A stretch of 64,000 nucleotides of DNA, taken from positions 800,001 through 864,000 of the forward strand of contig CAVPLT010000001.1 of assembly GCA_963706325.1 (NCBI GenBank), given 5' to 3'. Below, one piece after another: positions 28,879 to 38,699 of this stretch (position 1 is its first letter; each line of letters starts with the position of its first letter). The DNA is from an uncultured Nitrospiraceae bacterium. Its GTDB lineage: Bacteria; Nitrospirota; Nitrospiria; Nitrospirales; Nitrospiraceae. The notes under the pieces are model-generated. The model ran no database searches, was not told the DNA's origin, and saw nothing but the letters and a program-made list of their open reading frames with translations. The translations under genes and the position numbers were made by a program.

Positions 28879-29940
28879 TTACTCCGATTTGAGCGAGGCC
28901 ATGTCGATCGAGAAGCGGTATTTCACATCGGATTTGAGCAGTCTGTCGTAGGCTGCGTTGGCTTTCTGGATGGGGATAACTTCGACGTCGGCGGTGATGT
29001 GGTGTGCCCCGCAAAAGTCGAGCATTTCCTGGGTCTCGGGAATGCCGCCGATGTTCGAGCCGGCGACGCTGCGGCGGCCGAAGATCAGGGCGAAAGAAGA
29101 GAGCGCCAGGGGCTTCGCAGGCGCGCCGACGAGCGTCAGGTTCCCGTCGCGGCGGAGCAGGTTGATGTATGCGTTGATGTCGTGCTCGGCCGAAACGGTG
29201 TCAAGGATGAAGTCGAAGCTGCCGGCGTACTTCTTCATCTCGTCGGCGTGGCGCGATACGACGACCTCGTGAGCGCCCAGACGCATCGCGTCTTCCGTTT
29301 TGCCGGGCGACGTGGTGAAGACGACGACATGCGCGCCGAACGCGCGGGCGAACTTGACGCCCATGTGACCGAGCCCGCCGAGACCGATCACGCCAACCTT
29401 CTTCCCCTCGGTGATGCCCCAGTGACGCAACGGAGAGAACGTCGTAATCCCCGCGCATAGGAGCGGTGCGACTCCGGCAAGGTTGAGATTGGTGGGGACC
29501 TGGAGGACGAAGTGCTCGTCGACGACGATGCTGTCGGAGTAGCCGCCATACGTGACTGGCGCGATCTTGTGCTTGTCCGGGGAGTTGAACGTGAGGGTCA
29601 GGTTCGGGCAGAAGTTCTCAAGCCCGGCGGTGCAGTTCGGACAGGTCCCGTCGGAGTCGACAAGGCAACCCACCGCGGCGAGATCGCCGGGCTTGAACCT
29701 GTTCACCGCCGGACCGATCTGAGTCACTCGCCCGACGATTTCGTGGCCGGGGACGATGGGGTAGACAGTGGGCATGACACTGCTCCATTCGTCGCGGACC
29801 GAGTGGAGGTCGGAGTGGCAAACGCCGCAGAAGAGGATCTCGATTTGCACGTCGCGCTCCGTCAGATCGCGCCGCACGATTGTGGTAGGCCGTAGCGGCA
29901 ATTTCGCACTTGCTGCGGAGTAAGCTTTCGCCTGGTACAT
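28879..29940 (-). CDS. NAD(P)-dependent zinc alcohol dehydrogenase (cinnamyl-ADH/YahK-like)
   Basis: CGVCHSD, PGHE, APLLCAGITT, GLGGLGHMG; RBS GGAGG. Confidence 0.95.
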   Translation of the reverse strand: MYQAKAYSAASAKLPLRPTTIVRRDLTERDVQIEILFCGVCHSDLHSVRDEWSSVMPTVYPIVPGHEIVGRVTQIGPAVNRFKPGDLAAVGCLVDSDGTCPNCTAGLENFCPNLTLTFNSPDKHKIAPVTYGGYSDSIVVDEHFVLQVPTNLNLAGVAPLLCAGITTFSPLRHWGITEGKKVGVIGLGGLGHMGVKFARAFGAHVVVFTTSPGKTEDAMRLGAHEVVVSRHADEMKKYAGSFDFILDTVSAEHDINAYINLLRRDGNLTLVGAPAKPLALSSFALIFGRRSVAGSNIGGIPETQEMLDFCGAHHITADVEVIPIQKANAAYDRLLKSDVKYRFSIDMASLKSE

Positions 29941-30474
29941 AAGTCACCTCCCTATGCTTTGGTCAGTCAGAGAGGAGCCATTGCTTGGCTCGGGATGATC
30001 GAAACAGTAATTCTCTTCGATTCACTGAGCAGGTGAATGTGGGTGCTTCAAGCGTAATTGGCTGCCACGGCGTTGAGGATGTGTGAGCGATACCTCGCCG
30101 GGAAATCGACTCGCTTTGAGAGGCAGGCATGCTGCGCCGTCGCGGCCATTTATATTCAACCGGTACAGTACGGTTGCAGGTTATGCGGAGCGCATCCCCT
30201 TTGCACCTAGGATGAGCCCTGGTCTACGTTCACAGAGTGGACCGCTTGAGGGGATAAATCGTTGCGAAGATGCAGACGGAATGGGTTTCGCATCAAAGAA
30301 ACCTGGTCGTGTTTTTGGTCAAGGTTCGGTCACGGCTTTGGCCCCGACTGTTCATCTACCTTCATCGTCACTGGTTGCATCGTGTAATGGTCTACTAGCT
30401 TGATTGGCAAAGGTAACATCACGTCCCGTCACTACCAATCACCGTCAGTCTTTAGCGCACTTCGTGAGCCATCA

Positions 30475-30511
30475 GATCCGAGGGTGCGGGTTCAAGACCC
30501 GCGGGCGCACC
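30475..30511 (+). repeat. Degenerate direct repeat of tRNA-Arg 3' half (attR-like)
   Basis: GATCCGAGGGT-GCGGG-TTCAAG-ACCCG-CGGGCGCACC versus tRNA GATCCGAGGGT-TGGGGG-TTCAAG-TCCCTC-CGGGCGCACC. Confidence 0.82.
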
Positions 30512-30825
30512 CCGCAGAATATGTTCGACCGGCAATGCGGTTGAATCATCGAATGATATCTCCCGCTCCTTCTCACTGGGACTTTTCCAGCATCTCCTCT
30601 GAATAGGCCCATTCGCCACTTATCTTCTGCCATCCTGGCGTGGTTGTGGCAAACATTACTCCTCACCGAAGAGACGTGAGGGTAATATCGTGGGAAGGAG
30701 CATGCTTAACTCCTTGTAATATAGACGATCTCATCACAGACTGGGGACAGCCTGAACTTCGAATAGCAGATGCTATAGTTGTAACGTTAGGCAAAGGTCA
30801 CACCAAGCGTGAAGGAGCATGGTTC

Positions 30826-31551
30826 ATGAAGTACCCTGATGCGTCGCAATGGATGTTGGGCGGAATGGCCGTTGTCTTACTCGCGGCCCCTGGATGTAGC
30901 AGTATGAGTGGGTTTCACTCCGGATCGGATGACACGGCTGTTTCGGAGAACGACAGGCTTGGCGACCACGCGCAGGGACAAGGTGGACGAAATGGGCAGT
31001 ACCCGTCTCTCAGCCGACAAAACCCTCTGTCTGATGCTGATGTTAATGCTGAGGCTGAGGGCGGAGTGTTGCGGGGATTTTCACCCTTGGTGAACGGCCG
31101 GATTGCGGGGGAAGAGCGACTGAGTCGGAGCAGCATCGGCGGTATGTTGATGCCGGTTGATCGCGACGAGAAATGGCATGCCGAAATTCGCCGGGAAGAG
31201 GCGGCGGCGATGGAAGCAGGACTTAAAGATGTGTTCTACGGGTATGACCGATATAGCGTGTCCGATAACGACGGGGCGGCGTCGCTCACGGACAATGCCG
31301 TGTGGCTGAAGGACAACCCCAAGTCCGTTCTCAGGATTTCCGGGCATTGTGATGAGCGTGGCACGCACGATTATAATCTCGTGCTTGGTGAAAAACGGGC
31401 CAAGGCCGCCAAGAGCTTTATGGTCGATTTGGGCGTGAGCCCAAAGCAGGTGGCGATTGTCTCCTATGGCAAAGACCGCCCATTTTGTGCCGACCATGAC
31501 GAAGCCTGCCATCAGCAAAATCGGCGTGGCCATATGCTGCTGCGCAAATAA
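30826..31551 (+). CDS. OmpA/Pal-family peptidoglycan-binding lipoprotein
   Basis: Lipobox-like APGC; GHCDERGTHDYNLVLGEKRA, SYGKDRP, NRRG; RBS AAGGAG. Confidence 0.92.
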   Translation: MKYPDASQWMLGGMAVVLLAAPGCSSMSGFHSGSDDTAVSENDRLGDHAQGQGGRNGQYPSLSRQNPLSDADVNAEAEGGVLRGFSPLVNGRIAGEERLSRSSIGGMLMPVDRDEKWHAEIRREEAAAMEAGLKDVFYGYDRYSVSDNDGAASLTDNAVWLKDNPKSVLRISGHCDERGTHDYNLVLGEKRAKAAKSFMVDLGVSPKQVAIVSYGKDRPFCADHDEACHQQNRRGHMLLRK

Positions 31552-31881
31552 GCGAGAGCCCCCGGCGTCTTTCCGTGAGTGGGCGCCGGGGCAAGGCGTG
31601 CTTGGGCCTGGGCCATTCAACGTGCTCTCGCGCAGTTTTCTCTCTCCTTCCTGCCCCTGATCCCGATAATCTGAATGATTTCTCTCCAGGAACTGTGGCT
31701 GGTTCCTCTACCGGAGGCCGCTGCCGAGGAGTGCTTTTTGGGCTATGAGCGCGTCGAGACCTCCCGGCCTCCCACTCCTTTCCCATCACATAAGGGTGAC
31801 AATACGCGGGAGCTTATGGTATCTGAGCCACTGCAGGTGACAGGCTTTTCGCCGACCATCCCGTACGAAGGAGTATGATTT

Positions 31882-32046
31882 GTGAACCAGCGCTTTGGGA
31901 TTACCGTGAAGTTCCTCATTTCTGCCGACTCCCCCGAGGAGGCTGAAGAGATTATCGAGTCGGCCTGTGAAAAGATGGCCGCGTCCATCCATGAAGGAGA
32001 CGTCAGTTACGAAGGTATCGAAGACATTGAAGAGGAAGATGAATAA
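31882..32046 (+). CDS. 54-aa acidic microprotein (absent from ORF track)
   Basis: AAGGAG RBS then GTG; MNQRFGITVKFLISADSPEEAEEIIESACEKMAASIHEGDVSYEGIEDIEEEDE*. Confidence 0.7.
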   Translation: MNQRFGITVKFLISADSPEEAEEIIESACEKMAASIHEGDVSYEGIEDIEEEDE

Positions 32047-32170
32047 TGATGCGTCTGGTTGTTGCCGCATCGGCCCCATCCACCATCCGGCCTCGTTGTG
32101 CGTCGGGAATGGGCTGCTGCTGGGACGATGGCGCGGTTGAGACGCCTCGGGCAAGGGGCCGGGCGGCATA

Positions 32171-33559
32171 ATGGATTCTGCCCCTCCCACAGGAACTGAT
32201 GGCCGTCTATCTGGTTTTCTGAACCGGATTCATCAGTCGACCAAGCAATACCTTCCCCAGTGGTTAGGGGTCCCGGCGCACATTCACCATGTGGCTTACC
32301 GGATGGCCAATCCTCCGGTGGAGCGACCCAATAGCCGCCGGGAGTTTCAGCACCTGCTCCAGGCCCTCGAAATTTCAGAAGGCGCCATCGACGAGAAATT
32401 CGGCTACGGATTCAAGGTCGCCGCCAATGGTGATCGGCTGATCGTCGTGTGGGAAGCGCACACGGAATATTATAGTTATCAGGTGTGGCACGTAGTGAGC
32501 GATGCTGCGAGTCCGCTCGATTTCGGACCCATCACATTTCCCGGCTATATGATGCCGTTCACCCCGCTCGGGTTGCGCGTCAATGCTCTCGACCTGCTGT
32601 TCTTGCCGCAAGCGCTGCCCCTTGAGCACGAGCTGCCTGCCCGGCTTCCCGGCGCAATGGTCTATGGCAGTTATATTTTGGGGGACGATATCGTCGCAGT
32701 GACAAGTTTTACTCCCGATGAATATGATCGGGAGCGATATCTGATCTGCTCGACCTCGGAGCAATCGCTTCGGCAGCAGGTGGCAAAAATCGCCGATACG
32801 ATTGTCGCGATTGAAAACTACTACCACCTGGTCATGTTGCCGATGAAGGCGTTTTCCAGGGCGGTGGACCAAATCCATGACTATGAACAGCGACATCTGT
32901 ACCAGAGGGCTGTCTTGATCGAACAGATCGGCGGGACCACGCCCCAGACTATGCAGAAGTGGCTGACCGTGTTGACGCAAGACCTGCTGCAAGTGAGTCG
33001 GTTGGCCGAATCGATGCGGTATCGACTGTCCGCCTCGGTGCCTTATGATCGCATCGTCCAAGGCAACCTGTTAGCACTCCAGGAGCGGACGTATGCTCAG
33101 CTGCGGCGACTCTCCGAGTATGTGAATTGGAAAATTACGGGTGTGACGGACGGCTATCAGCAGCTGCTTCGGCGAATCGATGCGATGGAAAAAGACTTTG
33201 AGGCCACGGTGGCCGTGCTCCGGACCCATATCGAGTTGAAGCTCCAGGAGCAGAATATCGGGCTGCAGGATCAGAACATGAAACTGCTGATCAGCGTGGA
33301 TTCCACTACTCGCGCGCAGGCCATTTTGCAACGCACCGTCGAAAGCCTCTCCGTAATCGTGATCACCTATTACCTGACGGGGTTGGGAAGTTATGTGATC
33401 AAAGCCTGTTACGAGGTGGGGTGGCTGAAGAATGCCAACGTAGCGACGGCGATCTTCGTCCCAATCGCTTTCGGCATTTCCTTTACCCTGATGACCGTGG
33501 GACGGAAAATCATCATGAAGCGCATGGCGAGCCAGGCGAAGGAGGGTGGTGAGGCATAA
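32171..33559 (+). CDS. DUF3422-like membrane-anchored protein
   Basis: WEAHTEYYSY, IENYYHLVML, coiled region, QRTVESLSVIVITYY followed by two C-terminal TM helices. Confidence 0.8.
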   Translation: MDSAPPTGTDGRLSGFLNRIHQSTKQYLPQWLGVPAHIHHVAYRMANPPVERPNSRREFQHLLQALEISEGAIDEKFGYGFKVAANGDRLIVVWEAHTEYYSYQVWHVVSDAASPLDFGPITFPGYMMPFTPLGLRVNALDLLFLPQALPLEHELPARLPGAMVYGSYILGDDIVAVTSFTPDEYDRERYLICSTSEQSLRQQVAKIADTIVAIENYYHLVMLPMKAFSRAVDQIHDYEQRHLYQRAVLIEQIGGTTPQTMQKWLTVLTQDLLQVSRLAESMRYRLSASVPYDRIVQGNLLALQERTYAQLRRLSEYVNWKITGVTDGYQQLLRRIDAMEKDFEATVAVLRTHIELKLQEQNIGLQDQNMKLLISVDSTTRAQAILQRTVESLSVIVITYYLTGLGSYVIKACYEVGWLKNANVATAIFVPIAFGISFTLMTVGRKIIMKRMASQAKEGGEA

Positions 33560-33666
33560 CTCTCCGGCGCCTAAGCCTGTGGTTTCGGTGAGCCATCGCC
33601 ATTGGATTGTGCGGCTGTGAATGGGTGACAGGAATTCGAAACTTGGACCGATCGCGATGGGTCTGG

Positions 33667-34029
33667 TTATGCGGCGGTCAATTCTGGCAGGGCGGTTCGA
33701 GCGTTCTCGGTCGACTCTTCGAGCGATTGGGTGATCAGGCTTCGAATTCGGCTTTGATCATCTCGGCGCACCCGAATGAATTCAATTCCGACCTTCTCAT
33801 TCGTCGTCCATCGCACCTTTGCAAGCCCTACGGTGAGGGGCCGCGCCTGATCCGGCGCCATTACCAGCAATTCGAGATATTCCCCAGGCTGAACGGGTAA
33901 GTCCGTCTTAATCGCACAGCCTGGCACCGAAAGATTGATCACGGTCCCCTCGCCGGTCATCGAGTCGCTAGAAAGCCGGACGGGGTAGGTGACGGCGGCT
34001 CTTGTCGAAGTACGATGCTCCGTATCCAT
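33667..34029 (-). CDS. Stand-alone PilZ-domain protein
   Basis: RTSTR (RxxxR) and NLSVPG ((D/N)xSxxG); GIEF; RBS AGGAGG. Confidence 0.9.
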   Translation of the reverse strand: MDTEHRTSTRAAVTYPVRLSSDSMTGEGTVINLSVPGCAIKTDLPVQPGEYLELLVMAPDQARPLTVGLAKVRWTTNEKVGIEFIRVRRDDQSRIRSLITQSLEESTENARTALPELTAA

Positions 34030-34075
34030 TGAAAAGGCCTCCTTGCCTTGATCCCATTCCTGAGAGCTTAAGGCT

Positions 34076-34102
34076 CTTTCGGTAGGGGTTCTCCCGAACT
34101 TA
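34076..34102 (-). promoter_or_regulatory. Sigma-28 (FliA)-like promoter
   Basis: Minus strand TAAG-15 nt-ACCGAAAG, 46 nt upstream of the PilZ start. Confidence 0.5.
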
Positions 34103-34389
34103 AGGTGAATGTCGCCAAAATTCTTCGTTTCACCAAGGACCGTTCGCGAGTCGGAGGTTATGGCTTCGACGGAATGCTCGGGGGCGACGGCCGGCCATTA
34201 TCCCGATCCCCTTGTCGACTCCACCACCAGGCTAACGGAATACTCACCGGGAAAGGCAGGAGAATGATGGCTAGGACCATGATACCTTTGCCCGCCGACA
34301 TTCGGTGAATGTGAAGCCACAGGGTGGAAAACATGGGATGGAAACCTCGTATCTCGAATCATATTTTGGTTACGAATTGCCCAGTGGAT

Positions 34390-34512
34390 TCAGCGATGCC
34401 GGCGTCGCGTGGTCAAGTCTTGCCGGGTGCTTTGCCGCAGCTCGATCAACCAGCGCCCGATCAATGCCGCGAAAGCGCCCATCGTGATCAGTAGTCCCAA
34501 CGTATTCTCCAT
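34390..34512 (-). CDS. 40-aa single-pass membrane microprotein
   Basis: RBS AGAGGAG; MENTLGLLITMGAFAALIGRWLIELRQSTRQDLTTRRRHR*. Confidence 0.55.
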   Translation of the reverse strand: MENTLGLLITMGAFAALIGRWLIELRQSTRQDLTTRRRHR

Positions 34513-34856
34513 GGATCTCTCCTCTGCGATGAGTTCGATACAGCGCGTCCATATCACCTTCCATGAGCAATCCCTATGCCGAGTCATGGCCGAGTTCATG
34601 TGGCAGGCTGAGCCGCCCCCGTTGATTTGAAGACCGGTGAGTTTAGAATTGAAGCGAGTGAAATAGAGAAACAGATACGGGTGCGTATCCATACCGATAC
34701 TCCGCGGGCAGCCGCCTGAAGTGATAGGGACCGGCGGACTCGGCTTGCCTGGTGAGTGACCGATGGGGATGGCGGTTGATTTCGGCGTCTGAACAGCGTA
34801 TCCATCTTCCAACCGTCCTGGGCCGAATCCGGCGGATTACTCAGCAAAAGGCACTC

Positions 34857-35177
34857 GTGGAGCGTCGCGACAGCCCCCGTTACGAAATTCAAGTGCCACT
34901 CACGTTCTCCGGCAGTGATATTGCCGGAAGCGGATTGATCACGAGTCTCTCCCAGGAGGGGTGCCATGTAGTGAGCGAGGAATCTTTGCCTGCCCGTGCG
35001 TGCCTGTCCCTCCATGTCGAATTCCCTGCCCCCTACGAGCCACTCACGGTCGAAGTGGCCGAGGTTCGGTGGACCAATGCCGTCGGCTTTGGCCTCGTAT
35101 TCGTGCATGTTCACACCGAGGAACATGCACGGCTCCAGCGGTTCATAGACTGGCTGAAGCAAACGCAGAACAATTAG
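34857..35177 (+). CDS. Stand-alone PilZ-domain protein
   Basis: RDSPR (RxxxR), SLSQEG, EVRW, FGLVF. Start uncertain (34752-34857). Confidence 0.85.
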   Translation: MERRDSPRYEIQVPLTFSGSDIAGSGLITSLSQEGCHVVSEESLPARACLSLHVEFPAPYEPLTVEVAEVRWTNAVGFGLVFVHVHTEEHARLQRFIDWLKQTQNN

Positions 35178-35379
35178 CACCTTTCAGTGCCCCTACTGTC
35201 GCGATAGCCTCTAGTCTCCTGTCAGGCTCTCCTCATCAACCAGGTTGTCCAGCGGTACCTTGGTATGAGAGGCGTTATCCGTGCGCGGGGAGGGATCAGT
35301 CACAGTGCTCGAGCAGGGAAGTTGCGATCAAGGATGGGATCAGGCAGGATGCTTTTATGATTGGCGAAAGGTATAGGAC

Positions 35380-36915
35380 ATGACCACAGAGCATCTCATA
35401 TCATCAGACCTCACTCAACTGCGAACCTCATGTATCATGGTTATTTTTGGTGTGGACGGCGACCTCGCGAGGCGGAAACTGTTTCCAGCGTTGTACAACC
35501 TCATGGCCGGACGATTTCTTCCTGAGCGCTTTGCGATCGTGGGGTTAGATCGTGCGGAGATGACGACGGAAGAATTTCGAGACAAGTTGAATCGTGGAGT
35601 TGGTGATTTTTTGCCGGCCGATGTCGATCGATCGATCTGGCAAGCCCTCTCGGAGCGCGTCCATTATCTGGCGGGCAACTTTCAAGAAGGAGTTATCTAT
35701 CGGCAGCTCAATGAACGGCTCCAGAAAGTCGACGCTGAGGCCGGCACCGGCGGTAACTACATTTTTTATCTGGCGACGATTCCGGGGTTGTTTGGTCAAA
35801 TCGTGACGCACTTAGGGGAATATGGCCTGACGGTCGAACGTAATGGCGCGTGGCGCCGCGTCATCATCGAAAAACCGTTCGGTCATGATTTGGAATCGGC
35901 TAAGGCCCTCAACCACGAACTACAGCGGGCGCTGAAAGAACACCAGATCTACCGAATTGATCACTATTTAGGCAAAGAGACAGTCCAGAATATTATGGTG
36001 CTGCGATTTGCGAATGGCATTTTTGAGCCGATATGGAACCGCCGGTATATCGACCACGTGCAGATCACCGTGGCCGAGAGTCTGGGGGTGGAGCACCGGG
36101 GTCGCTACTATGAAGACGCAGGTGCGCTGCGAGATATGGTGCCGAACCATCTGCTGCAACTCTTGTGTTTTCTGGCCATGGAGCCGCCGAATTCCTTCGC
36201 AGCCGATGCGGTGCGTGATGAGAAATCCAAGGTGTTGCGAGGGGTGGTGCCGCTGACTTCTCTCGATGTTCTGCGGTATGTCGTCTTCGGCCAATATGGC
36301 GGCGGAACGGCAGATGGAAAGCCGGTGGGCGGCTATCGCGCGGAGCCCCATGTCTCTCCCACGTCGTTGACCGAGACCTATGTGGGGATGAAGTTGTTTA
36401 TCGACAATTGGCGTTGGGCCGATGTTCCGTTTTACCTCCGCACTGGAAAGCGCATGGCCCGACGATTGACCGAGATTGTGGTGCAGTTCAAGTGCGCGCC
36501 GTTCATGTTGTTTCGAAAGACCCACGTCGATCGATTGGCTCCCAACGTGCTCGTCATCCGCATTCAGCCGGACGAAGGCATCTCGCTGCGCTTCGGGGCC
36601 AAGGTACCGGGACCGGCAGTCCGACTCGGTACGGTCGATATGGATTTTCAGTATGCCGACTATTTCGGCAATGCCCCCAATACCGGTTATGAGACGCTGC
36701 TGCACGATGCGATGGCGGGAGATGCCACACTGTTTCAACGGGCGGACACCATCGAGCTGGGATGGGCTGTCGTGCAAATGATTTTGGATGTTTGGAAATC
36801 TCTCCCTGGAGCGGCCGCCTTTCCGAACTATTCCAGTGGAAGTTGGGGGCCTGCCGAGGCGGATGCCTTATTGCGTCGTGAGGGAAGGGAATGGTGGAAT
36901 GGTGGCCATGCATAG
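35380..36915 (+). CDS. zwf: Glucose-6-phosphate 1-dehydrogenase
   Basis: [31 protein letters not shown]. Confidence 0.97.
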   Translation: MTTEHLISSDLTQLRTSCIMVIFGVDGDLARRKLFPALYNLMAGRFLPERFAIVGLDRAEMTTEEFRDKLNRGVGDFLPADVDRSIWQALSERVHYLAGNFQEGVIYRQLNERLQKVDAEAGTGGNYIFYLATIPGLFGQIVTHLGEYGLTVERNGAWRRVIIEKPFGHDLESAKALNHELQRALKEHQIYRIDHYLGKETVQNIMVLRFANGIFEPIWNRRYIDHVQITVAESLGVEHRGRYYEDAGALRDMVPNHLLQLLCFLAMEPPNSFAADAVRDEKSKVLRGVVPLTSLDVLRYVVFGQYGGGTADGKPVGGYRAEPHVSPTSLTETYVGMKLFIDNWRWADVPFYLRTGKRMARRLTEIVVQFKCAPFMLFRKTHVDRLAPNVLVIRIQPDEGISLRFGAKVPGPAVRLGTVDMDFQYADYFGNAPNTGYETLLHDAMAGDATLFQRADTIELGWAVVQMILDVWKSLPGAAAFPNYSSGSWGPAEADALLRREGREWWNGGHA

Positions 36916-37038
36916 CGTGGGATGCAGTGCGGGTGTCTGCCGGCGCATGGTGGTCTCAAAGTAGCCGGCAATGGTAAGCGATGATAGGTTCGGCGGAATC
37001 CCTGACGACACGGTTCAGCGGACAAGACGAGGTGGGTC

Positions 37039-37584
37039 ATGACGGAAGTGAAGACAGAGCAGGCAACCCTGGCAGGCGGGTGCTTTTGGTGTCTCGAAGC
37101 GGTGTACGACCAGGTCAAAGGTGTTCAGTCGGTCGAGTCCGGGTATATTGGCGGTCAGGCCGGTGCTCCCACCTACGAGCAGGTGTGCGGCGGGCGAACC
37201 GGACATGCGGAGGCGGTGCGGATCACCTTCGACCCGGAGATGGTCACCTACCGTGATCTTTTAAATATATTCTTCGTGATCCATGATCCAACGACGCTCA
37301 ATCGGCAGGGCAACGACAGCGGAACGCAGTATCGATCGGGGATCTTCTATCATTCCCCGGAGCAGCAACAGACAGCCCAGGAAGTGATGGAGGCGCTCAC
37401 TCAGGAGCGCCTGTATTCAAATTCAATCGTCACCGAAGTGGTGCCGGCGAGTCAGTGGTTCGAGGCCGAGTCTTACCACCAGGAATATTTTGCGCGCAAC
37501 CCTACGCAGGGCTACTGCACCTATGTCGTGGAACCCAAAGTGGCAAAATTTCGCCAGCACTTTGCGCCGCTCCTCAAAGCGTAG
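37039..37584 (+). CDS. msrA: Peptide-methionine (S)-S-oxide reductase
   Basis: GGCFWC, TGHAEAV, QGNDSGTQYRS, AESYHQ. Confidence 0.97.
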   Translation: MTEVKTEQATLAGGCFWCLEAVYDQVKGVQSVESGYIGGQAGAPTYEQVCGGRTGHAEAVRITFDPEMVTYRDLLNIFFVIHDPTTLNRQGNDSGTQYRSGIFYHSPEQQQTAQEVMEALTQERLYSNSIVTEVVPASQWFEAESYHQEYFARNPTQGYCTYVVEPKVAKFRQHFAPLLKA

Positions 37585-37605
37585 CCATGGGCGGCGAGAA
37601 TTTTT

Positions 37606-38040
37606 TTACGACGCCTTGAAAAGTCGCCGGATCCCATCGCCCAGGTCTTGAAGCAGGTTAAGTTGTTGGGTGATGTGGTGCCGCTTCACAAGGAGTTCTG
37701 CTTGGGGCGGGCAGAACGGCCATTCGATGGTGCTCTTCCCTTGCACCTGGGCAATGAGATCGTCCTCCGGCCCTTCTGCCTGAGAGTGGGTCACAATCAA
37801 GGGGTCCTTCGGGTCGAGTAGACAGGTCGAATCGAACCCGAGTGGGTGGTACCGATCGGGCTGGAAGAGTGGAACCTTGTGGGCGCCGTTGGAGAAAACT
37901 GTGTCCCCTTCACGAATGGGTCCGTCCGGCGCAATGGAATACAGCACCATGGGAGTCAACACAATCACGGCCGCCGCAAGAGCGATTGACCAGAGCGGAG
38001 GTTCCGCTCCCTGCCGCTGAAATGGTTCAGGCCGATCCAT
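37606..38040 (-). CDS. Hypothetical membrane-anchored protein
   Basis: N-terminal TM helix; two Cys in the soluble part. Confidence 0.7.
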   Translation of the reverse strand: MDRPEPFQRQGAEPPLWSIALAAAVIVLTPMVLYSIAPDGPIREGDTVFSNGAHKVPLFQPDRYHPLGFDSTCLLDPKDPLIVTHSQAEGPEDDLIAQVQGKSTIEWPFCPPQAELLVKRHHITQQLNLLQDLGDGIRRLFKAS

Positions 38041-38164
38041 GTCGCCGGTCGGTTTCCTTTCAAAGGGACTTGCGTCCTAGCCGAAACTTCTTCACACTCA
38101 CGCCCCCGTGCGGCCTGGTGATTGTACCTCAAGCGGCGGAGAAAGGCCCGTGGCGGCAGTCGCA

Positions 38165-38308
38165 ATGGTCTATTGTCCGATGTGTTCAGGAGCGGCTAAA
38201 CGGGTGAGCCGTCATGGCTGGCGAGATTTCGTCATGCAAGTGATCGGATTTTATCCGTTTCGGTGCACTATTTGCCTGTACCGCTTCCGACTTCGCCGTC
38301 GTACCTAG
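38165..38308 (+). CDS. 47-aa Cys4 microprotein A
   Basis: MVYCPMC...YPFRCTIC...; paralog of 38474-38617. Confidence 0.75.
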   Translation: MVYCPMCSGAAKRVSRHGWRDFVMQVIGFYPFRCTICLYRFRLRRRT

Positions 38309-38473
38309 CCGCGGTCAAGATTTCTGAAACCTCCATACATAGCCCGCTTCCCAGCAATGCCAACCGTCGTTCAAACGAGACTTGAAACCAACCAGGGAAT
38401 TTCCGTAGGATACTTTTCCCAGCACACGTGTCATGTCTTCTGATGACGTCTGCGATGAAGAGTGAGTGGCAAT

Positions 38474-38617
38474 ATGTCGTTTTGTGGTAAGTGTTCCGGT
38501 TATACGAAGCGCTCTCGCCGCCAGGGATTGTTCGACTTTCTCTGCTTCCTGATCGGGCTCTATCCCTATCGCTGCTTGCGATGTGGTCGCAGAGCTCATC
38601 TCCGTCAGCGCACCTGA
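38474..38617 (+). CDS. 47-aa Cys4 microprotein B (absent from ORF track)
   Basis: MSFCGKC...YPYRCLRC...; 23/47 ungapped identity to microprotein A. Confidence 0.75.
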   Translation: MSFCGKCSGYTKRSRRQGLFDFLCFLIGLYPYRCLRCGRRAHLRQRT

Positions 38618-38699
38618 CTCCACACGTTCGCCCGACTTCTATTGCCTGTTACGTCCGATGACACTCAGCCATGCGCCGCTTCTGCGCAAGCCAGTCGGT

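Larger units (their letters stand above)
25135..30511. mobile_element. Decayed genomic island integrated at tRNA-Arg
   Basis: Bounded by the tRNA 3' half (25095-25133) and a degenerate copy (30475-30511). Contains AT-richer segments and pseudogenes; no intact integrase seen. Confidence 0.75.

Noticed and set aside
30083..30300. Integrase C-terminal remnant near the att repeat
   Set aside because: No convincing HxxR, LGH or catalytic Tyr arrangement in the frames I read.
31560..31591. Intrinsic terminator after the Pal-like gene
   Set aside because: A GC-rich hairpin is present but has no U-tract, so I did not call it.
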